A DNA stretch of 63,344 bases, counting the filler, from Octopus bimaculoides (taxonomy: Eukaryota), in the NCBI RefSeq assembly GCF_001194135.2. It is 6 parts of 5 records of this genome, joined end to end, with 100 filler letters (N's around TTAATTAATTAA, not from the genome) between each part and the next. Parts side by side here need not be neighbours in the genome. Positions count along the whole stretch, not along the records: positions 1 to 20,667 come from NC_068985.1; 5 more parts are not named here. One strand, given 5' to 3'. Position numbers and translations under genes: made by a program. The notes below the pieces were generated by a model. That model worked only from the letters and a program-made list of their open reading frames with translations, was not told where the DNA came from and made no database searches. Shown one piece after another: positions 1 to 12,654 of the stretch. How positions within the stretch are numbered: the stretch's first letter is position 1; each line of letters begins with the position of its first letter.

Positions 1-14
1 ATATGTATATATAT

Positions 15-306
15 ACAAAAATTAGGGAATAGATCAGATAAAATCCAGGCTACATAAGTTTTATAGCTAGCAGAACCTTGGAAGTAATAAATTATCCGAC
101 GAGATTCAGACCACAAGCTACTCTTCAGGACAAGAATACCTTGATTATATGAAGTTTACATAGTCATTAGAAGGTCCCGTGTTAACTTCTTGGGGATTCG
201 ATTTATCTGCGCCAATAAACCACTATTGTCCCTGAAAATTGTTTTTTATATCTCCTACGGATTGCTTGAAGCTCACTAACTCCCTACACCTTAATCGTTG
301 GATCTT
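15..306. repeat. Dispersed repeat, second copy at ~5895-6132
   Basis: Shared taaaatccaggctacata.gttt..tag.tagcaga ... gaagct.actaact.cctacacct. Confidence 0.75.
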
Positions 307-709
307 ACCTTTAATATACATACATGCATATACTTCGGGGCTTTCTACCAGTTTCCATCAACTAAATTTACTCATAAAGCAATTGTCGTACCGGTGCTAT
401 AGTAGCAGACGCTTGCCTATGGCGACGCACTGTGATATTGAACCCAAATCCACATGGTTATAAAGCGAGTTTCTTAAACAAAACATCTATGCCAACGCCT
501 CTGAGCAATTCTTCTAAACATGAACAAATGAACTGACGATGTTTGATCTAAATGAAATGTAATAATATAGGCTAAGTCAGTGAGAAATTTACTTAAAAAC
601 AGAAATGCTTTAACTAAACTGCAAGTAATCATGAATTAGCAATGAATGAGGCCATGTAAAAGCAATTAAAAACCAGGGGGAAATCTGCACTATAATTAAT
701 GTTCCCGTA

Positions 710-1787
710 TCAGTTTCTAAATTAAGCTTTTCATTTTATGCATCGTTATGGACGTCCGGTAAGACGGATTTCTGAATGTCCACTTGATTCAAAAGTTTGC
801 TTTCAAATACGAATTTTTAATAATGCTTTTATACAATTCAAGCATTTTAGAAGAAAAGATTAAGTTCTGGCAAGATAAATATAATTTTATTTGACTTTGT
901 TGAATAAAAACCATTTTATTTTATTTATATTACTTATAACCGTAGAAACAGAACGAGTGTCAGAACATTCCATATTTTCTCTTCCTCTTCTAAAAGCAAA
1001 AGACCAGAGGTTAGTCAAAAGAAAACTATCGTTGTATTTGTCTTGTAGGATCTCACAGTTAGACAGTTTTGTTGGGTCAGAATGTTCGATTAGTTGAGAT
1101 TATCCAAACATTTAGAAAAGTCGCTTTCTACGGCGTTTTCAAACTATAGAAACAAGAACCAAAGAAGATAACGGCAATCATATTAATTAATGGAATTTTT
1201 AAAATTAAAATGTAAATTGCATTTGGAAATGCTTCATTCTAGTCTACATAAGTTCTAAACATAAATAAAACAATAAAGAGCATGTATAAAAAAGAAATTT
1301 CCTTTTTTTATTTGGAAGTGGTTCTAAGAAATTTGAAATGTACAACTAGCAGTTGAAAACTATGTTTTCCTTGAAGAAATCACTGCTAAAAAAAGTAATG
1401 GTGTAAATTTGAATTTAAAATTTATGGTCACTTACCTTTTTATATAATTTATCTTGATCAGACTGGATATTCTAACATGCTACCTGCTGCCCTCAAACCA
1501 GATTAATGAGAGATTTCTTACCAAATGCCGCATTTACACGCACACACCCACATATATATATATACATAAGTCAGTATGATAAACAAATATATGTATAAAT
1601 ATACGTCTGTACAAGTGTGTATGCGTGTATAAGGGTATGCGTACTATATGTATTTGCATGAGTGTGTGTATGTATAAGTAAATACATGTGTGGGGGATGC
1701 GTCTACGTGTGTATCACTGCATGTGTTTGTGTGCATATATACATATATATGTACATATATATATATGTATATGTATATGTGTATGTG

Positions 1788-1864
<77 letters not shown>

Positions 1865-1891
1865 NNNNNNNNNNNNNNNNNNNNNNNNNNN

Positions 1892-1932
<41 letters not shown>

Positions 1933-4380
1933 CTATTTACATAAGTATGTGAAAACATTCATGATTATATTTTTGTGTTTACATTTTTAACCAACATGAA
2001 TTACATGAAATGTCCAAACAACAGTAATGAGATGAAATGTTAGACCATTTTCAATCGTTAGAAATTGTGCAACGTTTGATATTCTCATCACGGAATTAAT
2101 AAACATAACTGTTCATTTGAAAATTTTAAATTCCTACTGGACAAAATCGCTTTTTTTATATGAGTCGTTTTTTTACTGATTTTACTTTTGATATTTAAAT
2201 ATTGAATCCGCCATTGTCTGAACTATATAAATATGATACTTTTATGGTCGACCGAGCTATAAGATGACGGAACTTATAAGTGATATTAAAGTGGAGGAAA
2301 GCATACTTGAAACGAACTCTTGTTTCTGGCAGATACGTTTACCAAAGAAACTTGGCTTCAATTATCAACTGCTATGAATTCATGAGTTTTCTTCCTCAAA
2401 ACCAGACTACAAAATCTTCTTGTTATAGTCTAAAATTCACATTTGCACTAATCAAAAGTACATTATTCGAATGTTTCCAAATATTCAAGTATTTGCAGTA
2501 TCTATTGCTACTTCAATAAACTATTTGGCTTATGAATATCAAAGTCGATTATTTTGTGTTTAAATGGCCCAACATATTTTGTCGTTCATTTAATCAATAA
2601 GTATCTAATGATAATATGAGTAATTCCTTAATTAAACAAAGTTTATAGCGTAAACTTACACAAAAACTACTGTGAGCATATGAGTGGCATGCCGTGAAGT
2701 GACCATACAATTTTAAATGCTGCTGTAACTGTTATCTTAGAAACCGAATATTCTTCGATACGCTTGTTACAATCTTTTACTCGTCTTGAATATATGAATA
2801 TATGAATATATGAATAAGATGATGAAAGCGAACTTTAAATGATTCTCGATAATTCAAATAAAGTTCTGGGCACATTGCTGTTGCGGTGCTTGTTTTAAAA
2901 ACAGAGTATTATAGAATTCTAAGGATTATTACTGTTAAAAAAATAATTGACTCTATGCATTTGCAAGTAGAAGATACTATACTGTTGCATTTGAAAAGTT
3001 TTTTTGTTTTGTTTTTTTATTTAGTAAAATTATTGTAGAAACTTGCTATTTCGTTACAATCAAAACAGTTTACCTTAATGGAATGTCTTTTAAGAATATT
3101 TTCGGAGTTATATTTCATCAAATTAAGGAAATTACAGTTACCTTACACTCCCATAATTTAAACTGAAACATGGGTTACCCCAAAGCTGTTTCTGAGCTAT
3201 TACTTTTCAAGTTAAGCTCCAATTTTATCTAAAAGTTACATTACATTAGTATTTCAAGTATTCAGTTGATAAGACTAAGAATCAGCATATACACTTAAAA
3301 ATAAACTTTAAAAATTATTAAGCTTAATGGCTGATTCAAGCAACCGTATATTTTCTATGTAATTGAATATTCAGAAAACATGGAATATTAATCTCAATGC
3401 CTCTAAATTTCAAGATTTTAAGGATACTTAATAAGCGCAAGCTATTTCCATTGCCCCATTAGATTTATACATACACGCAATTAATGGGGCCCCTTTTTAC
3501 ATTTTTGCATAAATACACATATTTTTTAGAATCAAATTCGTAAGCTGTTGTCCAACCTAATATAACGTTTTGCCTAATTTAACTTTACTACGCTAAACTT
3601 CAACAGCAAAGTATTTCTTGTTTTTCAAGCAATGATTAAAGTGTCGTGTTATATGAGTCCTCTTTTTCATATCATCAAACCACTGTTCGTTATAAGAAAA
3701 GAAGCGTCTGTGAGTCATAAGCTCATGATGCAGGACCCTATCGCAGGATTAGTCATTTTTGCCAGCTGAATGGAATGAAACAACGTAAAATTATGTGTTT
3801 TGCTTCAAGAACACAGCGCATCACCGGATCCAGGAATCCACGCAACAACCTTACGATCAAGAGTGAAACGCCCGAACCACTAAGCCTCGTGCCTCCACAC
3901 TGTTCGATATGATATTCAAATATATTAATCATATTAATCATACCGATTTGTCAAGCTTCAGCCTTCAATACATTATACATTTTTTGGGAGCGACGGTTAT
4001 TTCTTCTCAAAACGAAGATCTCAGTTGAACGCTTGTAACAAAGGGATCTCCACTAAAGACATCCGAGGATCAGATGGTGGCACTTGCAGCTGCATTTAAA
4101 AGCGCGTGGCATAGTAATTAAGGCGTTGAATTCACGATCATTAGATCATGGGTTCTCGAAGTGGGTAGCACATTGTGTCTTCGGGGAAAGCACTTCATTT
4201 TATGTTTCTCCTGTATATTCAGCTAGAAATGAATGCTAGTTGCACCTATCGGTTAGCACTGTGACGTACTCGTATCCCATTTGAGTGGAAGGCTCACATT
4301 CTCATCTTAAATGCTCTGAAAATCCGATAAAATTCCGGTTCTCATGAAATCTTTAGGTTCGAGATGGACTTTTGATTAGA
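710..4380. repeat. Left arm of a large inverted segmental duplication
   Basis: Reverse complements of the right arm: 711-782~16447-16520; 1145-1720~15865-16450; 2190-2710~14228-14975; 3160-4380~12655-13915. The blocks are collinear and include non-TE unique sequence. Confidence 0.92.
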
Positions 4381-4762
4381 CAGCAGTTTTATAAGAAGGT
4401 GCAAGACTTGTGCAAGGATTCAACTTTGTTTTCAGAAGCAGAGCTACGTCCACATCAAACTCACACTCTCGGCCTTACACGATATGGCTAACTGCAAAAT
4501 ATTTACACAGTTTAGCCCATATAAGAATAAAGAAGATTACCAAAAATAGATAAAGGAATCTCTAGCTCAAAGATTGCCGTCAGACTACATGTATGTGGAG
4601 ACCATTAAACATCATGTCAGATGTTTGCTGTGCACCATGTCTTGCTTTTTAACCTCGCATGAAAGGTATTATCTCTCTTATCATCCACAAACATATGCAT
4701 ACAAGTGCATATGTGCATAATATCTGTTGCCCATCGACTTTTCAGAGTTCATACATGTATAT

Positions 4763-4824
<62 letters not shown>

Positions 4825-5071
4825 GTGTGTGTGTGTGTGCTTTCTGCTAAAGATAAAAAGTCTGAAATTTTGGGGTTAGCATGGGTGAAGAGCCAGTTGA
4901 TTATCTCGCCCCCAGTACTTGATTTGCACTCTAATTCATGGAGCCCGAAAAGAAGAAGAGCAAAATCGAATTCGGCGGAAATTGAACTCAGTATGTAAAT
5001 TTGGATGAAATGCTGCCAAGTGTTTTGTCCGGTGTGCTAACGATTTTGCCATTTCACCACCTCATATATAT

Positions 5072-5200
5072 AAACAATCTCTTCTTATTGGTCAGACCAT
5101 ATAGGTCAACATCTAGCATATAAGAGGGATGACCACTAAGTGGACATCCAATATGCTATATGTACACCCATATGGTCTGACCACTAAGAAAAGATTGTTT
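5072..5200. repeat. ~129-bp imperfect palindrome (MITE-like)
   Basis: aaacaatctcttcttattggtcagaccatat.. pairs with ..atatggtctgaccactaagaaaagattgttt; the inner part (ggatg-accact/agtgg-acatcc) is also self-complementary. Confidence 0.85.
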
Positions 5201-5279
5201 AAATTGGTTTTTAAATTGATATTAATCAAATTAATATTCAATTTTTCACCCTTATTATTGTTATATATATATATATATA

Positions 5280-5594
5280 CCGTAAATCCTCGAGTATAGT
5301 CCGCCCTTGAGTATAATACGCAGGGGATTTTTAGGGGGCTGTACCTCTGAAAAACCTAAGCCTTGTGTATAATACGCACCCCTTTTCTAACTTGAGTCAA
5401 GGAGGTCTATATAAAGTCCTTGGTTTGTAAGCATATATACGGTAACGTCCTTTATTATTATTGTATATATAACATAATGCAAACGTGTAGCTTTTTTGTG
5501 CACTTTGTTTGTAGAAAATAAAGAAATAACAGTAATAACGTCAGTGAAAAATAAATATTAAGTAAATTGCCTTTACATAATTATCACTATCAGT
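5280..5594 (+). mobile_element. Tc2/pogo-like DNA transposon end, truncated by a gap
   Basis: TA-ccgtaaatcctcgagtatagtccgc with internally repeated gtataatacgca subterminal motifs. Confidence 0.5.
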
Positions 5595-6190
5595 NNNNNN
5601 NNNNNNNNNNNNNNNNNNNNNNNNNNNNNNNNNNNNNNNNNNNNNNNNNNNNNNNNNNNNNNNNNNNNNNNNNNNNNNNNNNNNNNNNNNNNNNNNNNNN
5701 NNNNNNNNNNNNNNNNNNNNNNNNNNNNNNNNNNNNNNNNNNNNNNNNNNNNNNNNNNNNNNNNNNNNNNNNNNNNNNNNNNNNNNNNNNNNNNNNNNNN
5801 NNNNNNNNNNNNNNNNNNNNNNNNNNNNNNNNNNNNNNNNNNNNNNNNNNNNNNNNNNNNNNNNNNNNNNNNNNNNNNNNNNNNNNTATATATATATCCA
5901 AATTCAGGGAGTGGTACAGGTAAAATCCAGGCTACATATGTTTCCTAGTTAGCAGATACTCGGGAGTAATAACTACCCTAGTTGCTAACCGTGGACTATG
6001 AAAAAGCTTCAATATGTGAAAAGCTTACAACTTTCGACGTTGATAAACTACTATTGTTCTTGAACGTTGTTTATTATACCTACCATGGACTGCTCGAAGC
6101 TTACTAACTTCCTACACCTAGATCCTTGGACATACAATTACATATCAGTATGTGCGTGCGTGCGTGTGTGCGTGCGTTTGTGTGTGTGTA

Positions 6191-6227
<37 letters not shown>

Positions 6228-6312
6228 ACACATACAGAGAAAATGAGAGTGAGAGAGAGAGAGAGAGAGAGAAGAAAAGCGGGAGGTGAAAACGAGAAAA
6301 TGAAACATCTTA

Positions 6313-6395
6313 AGTAGGGGGTTAGCAAAGGAGCAATGGTTTAGCAGAGGTAGTAGGGGGTTAGCAAAGGAGCAATGGTTTAGCAGAGGTAGTAG
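6313..6395. repeat. Perfect 39-bp tandem duplication (2.1 copies)
   Basis: agtagggggttagcaaaggagcaatggtttagcagaggt occurs twice. Confidence 0.95.
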
Positions 6396-6962
6396 AGCAT
6401 CATGAAAGAAGCGTTGTGTTGTTTTGTTATCTTTCTGTGTCCTGAGTTTCAAAACTCGCTGGAGTCGACTTTACTTTTGGTCATTGCAACGTTGAGGTAT
6501 CCAATGGCAGCTAAGCCTTTGACCGATAAATTGACTAGCCACCCATGATATATGTGTCCTTGTGCCTATGAGAGATAACAATAACAGACAACGCTGACAT
6601 TTGTTTGTATTTCAAATGTCAAACAAATTTTGCGTAAAAATTTACATGAAGAATAACAGAGAAATTATGGATAAACGTATTCATCGCTACATATACATAT
6701 ATGTATGCACCTTCGTGTGTCTGTGTATGACAATAAAAATCCTTAAATAAACAGAAAATCGTGTGTGTATGTGTGTGTCTGTGTAAGTGTGTGTGTGTAT
6801 ACATATACAAATACATACATATGCAACTATACATATATATCAATATGTATGTATAGTTACATATTTATATAAACATATGTATACAAAAAAACAGGAGCAA
6901 GTTTGACAGAATGATAGATATTTCGTTCAATATCTCACCCTCTCTCTCACTCTCTCTCTCTC

Positions 6963-7020
<58 letters not shown>

Positions 7021-8010
7021 NNNNNNNNNNNNNNNNNNNNNNNNNNNNNNNNNNNNNNNNNNNNNNNNNNNNNNNNNNNNNNNNNNNNNNNNNNNNNNNN
7101 NNNNNNNNNNNNNNNNNNNNNNNNNNNNNNNNNNNNNNNNNNNNNNNNNNNNNNNNNNNNNNNNNNNNNNNNNNNNNNNNNNNNNNNNNNNNNNNNNNNN
7201 NNNNNNNNNNNNNNNNNNNNNNNNNNNNNNNNNNNNNNNNNNNNNNNNNNNNNNNNNNNNNNNNNNNNNNNNNNNNNNNNNNNNNNNNNNNNNNNNNNNN
7301 NNNNNNNNNNNNNNNNNNNNNNNNNNNNNNNNNNNNNNNNNNNNNNNNNNNNNNNNNNNNNNNNNNNNNNNNNNNNNNNNNNNNNNNNNNNNNNNNNNNN
7401 NNNNNNNNNNNNNNNNNNNNNNNNNNNNNNNNNNNNNNNNNNNNNNNNNNNNNNNNNNNNNNNNNNNNNNNNNNNNNNNNNNNNNNNNNNNNNNNNNNNN
7501 NNNNNNNNNNNNNNNNNNNNNNNNNNNNNNNNNNNNNNNNNNNNNNNNNNNNNNNNNNNNNNNNNNNNNNNNNNNNNNNNNNNNNNNNNNNNNNNNNNNN
7601 NNNNNNNNNNNNNNNNNNNNNNNNNNNNNNNNNNNNNNNNNNNNNNNNNNNNNNNNNNNNNNNNNNNNNNNNNNNNNNNNNNNNNNNNNNNNNNNNNNNN
7701 NNNNNNNNNNNNNNNNNNNNNNNNNNNNNNNNNNNNNNNNNNNNNNNNNNNNNNNNNNNNNNNNNNNNNNNNNNNNNNNNNNNNNNNNNNNNNNNNNNNN
7801 NNNNNNNNNNNNNNNNNNNNNNNNNNNNNNNNNNNNNNNNNNNNNNNNNNNNNNNNNNNNNNNNNNNNNNNNNNNNNNNNNNNNNNNNNNNNNNNNNNNN
7901 NNNNNNNNNNNNNNNNNNNNNNATATATATATATATATATATACATATATATATACGTGCGTGAGTCGTCCAAGAGAGTTCACCGGTATATACATATATA
8001 TACGCGATCT

Positions 8011-8950
8011 TTAGGTTAGTTCAAAAATGTTTGTGACATATTTTAATTTGTAAAGGAAATTCACTACAGTTACGGGGGGAGAAAAATTTCACTCTTATGG
8101 TAAAAGATGTAAAACCACCATATTTTTCTAGTGTTGGCCACTGTCGGATTCCCAGACGCAAGATTTCTAGCTCTTTAATCGTTATCAATGGGAAATACCA
8201 AAGAGAGGTTACTTTGGACGGATCTAAAGTCGTACCTTTAACTAAAACACAGTTAGCAACATTCACTGAGTTGCGCTATTAGACCGCCAAGTCGGGCAAA
8301 ATTCAGTAGTATTTAAGCTTAAGCGGACTTTAGGTTAGTTAAAACATGTTTGTAAATTATTTCAGATTCTAAAGGCAAATTCACTGCCGCTACAGTGGAG
8401 AAAAATCCCCTCATAAGGTTAAAGGTGTAAATACACCATACCTGCCCAGTATTGCCCTGTGTCGAAATATATCATGGTCGACAGGCCTGCTTGGGAGATT
8501 CAAAGCCTGGATTTACTAACTTGCTGTCTCAAGTCTCATAGCCTCTGCTGACTCACACAACAGTACTGCCTTTCGAAAGTAAGATCAAGTAATTTTTCTG
8601 CCAGTGGTTGCTGTTTCCCGTAGCTTGCGTAATGCAGCACTATAGAGGACCAATAATATTTTGATGCTCCTCTTTTCAGTGGCGTCACTAACGAATTTAT
8701 GTTCACAACAGAAAGAAAAGATTTACAGTACGGGAGTTCCAAGGGTCAGAAGGTTTCATCAGCGAACATCTAAGTGTGAACACAGAGGAAATGGTATCGA
8801 TAGAAAGCAATGCAAATAGGAGCCCGCTTGAGGCAAAAGTAGTTGATCGGTATCTTGGTAACTGGCAGAGCAGGTTTAGAAAAACTTCCCAAAGACCACT
8901 CTATTTGAAAGAACGAGTAATTCAGTTAGTTGTACAACTGAATACTCAAT
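8011..8950. repeat. Unclassified repeat with a diverged ~140-bp direct repeat (8011-8150 and 8330-8470)
   Basis: Both units begin ttaggttagtt.aaa.atgtttgt.a and continue collinearly. Confidence 0.65.
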
Positions 8951-9189
8951 ATACATACATACATACATACATAATACATACATACATACACACACACACA
9001 TACATACATACATACATACATACATACATACATACACACACACACATACACACACACATACATACATACATACATACATACATACATACATACATACATA
9101 CATCCGTCCAGTTTCGTATAATCGCTCTCAAACAGCGCTTAGTAAACAGCATCAAAAATAAATACATTAACTTAGTGCAAAAAAAATGA

Positions 9190-9895
9190 AGAGAATAGTA
9201 TCCTACAAACCGACAGGAAGCTCCTCGGGAAACATTCTCTTCCTGAGGACCGCTCATGCAACCCCAAACCAGCCGGTTTAACGTACGTCCAGGATGACAT
9301 GGGTTTGTAATGTTCAGCATTCCCAAAGCAGACCATGCTTGTATTTGTCTTCCGAAGACTCGAAGAAGACACTAATATTGACGTGAAGCAAATCTTGGAT
9401 TCGTGGCCGCTATATTGCATCACATTCGGAGGCTATGCATTTGCAATCCAAGATCAGGAGATTATTATAAAATACCTGATAAACAAAAGAAACAATGAAG
9501 ACCTTGCAGTGCCAAGATGCAACCGGAAATGTAGATTATGTCATATTTCTATGCAAAACATCAAAAATGTGATTAGCAGCAACCCAAAAATGTCATCAGG
9601 GTACTGCCTCTCTATGCGACATGACGTTGTCTCAAAACAACATACAATGCCTTCCGGTGAAAAAGCCCGTCCTGGAATAGAGAATACCCCTGTTATTGAA
9701 TACGTACACAAACATCAACAAACAGAATACTGCTGGAACATTCCCATCAAAACATCTGTCAAGTGTAAGCATAACAGGCCGGATATTGTCGTTTGGGACA
9801 ACAAAGCAAAAGTGTGTGCCGTCATAGAAGTCAGCTGTCCCGCTCCTGTGAATATCTCTTTGAAAATCAAAGAAAAGGAGATTAACTATGGACAA
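9190..9895 (+). mobile_element. 3' fragment of an RLE-clade non-LTR retrotransposon (R4/Dong-like): zinc knuckle plus restriction-like endonuclease
   Basis: ORF 9335.. contains FAIQDQ, CRLC, RHD and HNRPDIVVWD...IEVSCP...KEK (PD..D/E endonuclease). The remainder of the ORF is (ACAT)n microsatellite. Confidence 0.85.
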
Positions 9896-10154
9896 CATAC
9901 ATACATAAGCACACACGCGCGCATGCGCGCATACATACACACACACATACATACATACATACATACATATATAAAGACATACATACATACATACATACAT
10001 ACGTACATACATGCATACATACATACATACATACATACATACATACATACATACATACATACTTACGTATGTAAGGCAGAAAAGATCACAAAGCAGATTT
10101 AAAATAATTGTAATGAGGAAAAGTCGCTGTTAATTTTATTGCTAATATTACTAA

Positions 10155-10390
10155 AAGGCGGTGAGCTGACAGAGTAGTTATCCCGCCGGGCAAAATGCTT
10201 AGCGGTATTTCGTCTGCCGCTACGTTCTGAGTTCAAATTCCGCCGAGGTCGACTTTGCCTTTCATCCTTTCGGGGTCGATTAAATAAGTACCAGTTATGC
10301 ACTGGGGTCGATATAATCGACTTAATCTGTTTGTCTGTCCTTGTTTGTCCCCTCTGTGTATAACCCCTTGTGGGCAGTAAAGAAATAAGT
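10155..10390 (+). mobile_element. tRNA-derived SINE family B
   Basis: aaggcggtgagctg.cag...ctgagttcaaattccgccgaggtcgactttgcctttcatcc. Other copies at ~4900-5060(-), 10395-10540, 21675-21790, 30715-30870(-), 31925-32135, 34800-34935, 38825-39020(-), 44590-44930(-), 56895-57065, 57070-57190(-), 58205-58345(-), 58690-58840(-), 59655-59850. Confidence 0.85.
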
Positions 10391-10540
10391 ATTTCGTCCG
10401 TCTTTATGTTCTGAGTTCAAATTCCGACGAGGTCTCCTTTACCTTTCATCTTTTCAGGGTTGATAAAATAAGTACCAGTTGACTACTGGGATCGATCCCT
10501 GAAACTGCTCTTTTTGTGTCAAACTTTGAAGTCAACATTA

Positions 10541-11774
10541 TCAGGTCTTTAATAAGGAAATGTCAGATTTTAAACTGCAACTTTATTTTACTTTATCTCA
10601 ACAAAAAGCAATGCTGTTAATCAAAATATGCACTTAAATTATCAACACAATTTTGCCATTTTATCAGTAGCTTATTTTTGCCGGCAGCGAAGAATTCTGG
10701 AGAGCAAGAGATGATGAAATCACGAAATGCTGTTCTTGCATCTTCTTCAGAATTTAAGTGTTTTCCTTGCAAACATTTGTCTAATGCCTGGAAAAAGTGA
10801 TAGTCAGTTGGTGCAAGGTCTGATGAATATGATGGATGACAGAGTACTTCCAAGTTCAGTTCCTGTAACTTGAGTAGCGTTCTTTGTGCAACATGTGATT
10901 GAGTATTGTCTTGCAAGAGAATCGTCCTGTCTCTGTTGACCAGTCTCGGTTGTTTAATTTTAAGTTCACACATCATTTCATTCAATTGGTTGGTGCATAC
11001 ATCCGCTGTAATTGACTTACCAGGTCTCATCAAGCTGTAGTTGATGACACCAGCGCTGGATCACCAAACAGAAATCATTAGATTTTTCTGGTGAAAATTC
11101 TTTTTAGGATTGTATTTTGGCATCTCGTCCCTATCCAACCACCGTGCAGAATGATTGCTATTGTTGAAAAGAATCCATTTTTCATCACTCGTAAAAATAC
11201 GATGCAAAAATGGTCCGCAGTAATGCCGTGACAGCAACGAGCAGCAAGTTTCAAGACGACGTGTCATTTGATGCTCGTTCTGTTCGTGTGGTACCTACTT
11301 GTCCAGCTTCTTTACCTTACCGGTTTGTTTCAGATGGCCCAATACAGTTGGGATCAAAACATCAATCCTAGCTGCTAACTCACGCGTAGTTTCAGATATA
11401 TCCGCTTCCACTACAGCTTCCAGCTCATCCTTATTCACCTTGGTCTCACGTCTACCATCGACGTACAGTGCGCTCGTTCGTCACATCTTCACAAAACACT
11501 TCATTGATGTTTCGAGCTGTCTGAGATGCATCGGTTCCACGACGAAAGTCCTATTATGAAGAACACGAATTTTTTATCTATCCATGGGTTCACAAAAATT
11601 GATTCACAACAGAAAACTCATAATAAAATGAAACACCATGAATTGCATCTCGAAAAGTGAAAATGTAACTCTTCAATATTGTAAAACAAAGAATTGTCAG
11701 GGAAAAACATTAGATTTAACGTCTGTCAAGCTTGGTGCATAAGAAAATCGGACATTTTATTCTGAATGACCTGA
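10541..11774 (-). mobile_element. Full-length but degenerate mariner (Tc1/mariner, DD34D) DNA transposon, ~1.23 kb
   Basis: Minus-strand ORF pieces 11061-11267 (FLHRIFTSDEKWIL...QKNLMISVW) and 10617-11033 (ILLQDNTQSHVA...HPSYSSDLAPTDYHFF...YFD) carry mariner catalytic motifs. Imperfect ~32-bp TIRs: tcaggtctttaataaggaaatgtcagatttt versus revcomp tcaggtcattcagaataaaatgtccgatttt. TA on the left, CA (mutated TA) on the right. Confidence 0.92.
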
Positions 11775-12654
11775 CACTATAATCATTCCGACAATTACGG
11801 GAAACAATTCCCAGCGTATGTTGACATTATTAAACTTCCTCAGTCAATCATATTTACCGAAGTACTGACTAAATAGATGCACAATAATGAAAGGGATAGG
11901 CGTGAAAATTACCATATTTAAGAAAATATAATAGATGCCATCCACGTAATAAAACAATTATATAGTTTTAACATCTAAATCACAATCAGAAAGTTATTTA
12001 AAAGCAAATATGTAATGGAGAAAAGAGAAGCTTAGTTCTTTAACAAACATTATTATTTTAATCATTTCGACTTGTACAAACATTACATTAATATTTGTCA
12101 TTGAGTCCTCTAACTACGTAGGAAATAATTCATATTACGTGATGTATTGAAGTTACTTATTAAAAGTTATCAAGAATGGAAAGGAAATGTGATGCATGTA
12201 GCTATGTTTATGGTGAACCTGGCGTTTTATTTCACAGATGTTTTGACATATAGCCTGACTATTTGAATTTGTTATGCATGTCAAGGTTTCCATATTCATG
12301 AATTTAATTATCAATATCCCCGTATGATTTTATTTTCATTATATTTTGCTTTGAAATATTTATTTTTCTTCTAATGACATCTGCATAAAGTAACATATCT
12401 CAAGAAAATACATAAAGATATACCAGCTGTATTTTGGGTATTTCGTATTTCGGGACACATTAAAAATTATCAACGCTGCTGTACTCTTTCACCACAACTT
12501 TCTCTCAATCTTTCTCTCAATATTTCGAAGGGTCAGCCTGTCATACTCTATGTCATGCTAAATCTCCCCAAGAACTACGTTAAGGGTACACGTGGCTGTG
12601 GAAATCTCAGCCACTTACACGCTAATTTCACGAGCAGGCTGTTCCGTTGATCAA

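Noticed and set aside
12229-12290. Possible 5' UTR exon of the Kunitz gene (tttcacAG ... AAG|gtttcc)
   Set aside because: Weak donor, and it cannot be distinguished from cryptic sites without transcript data.
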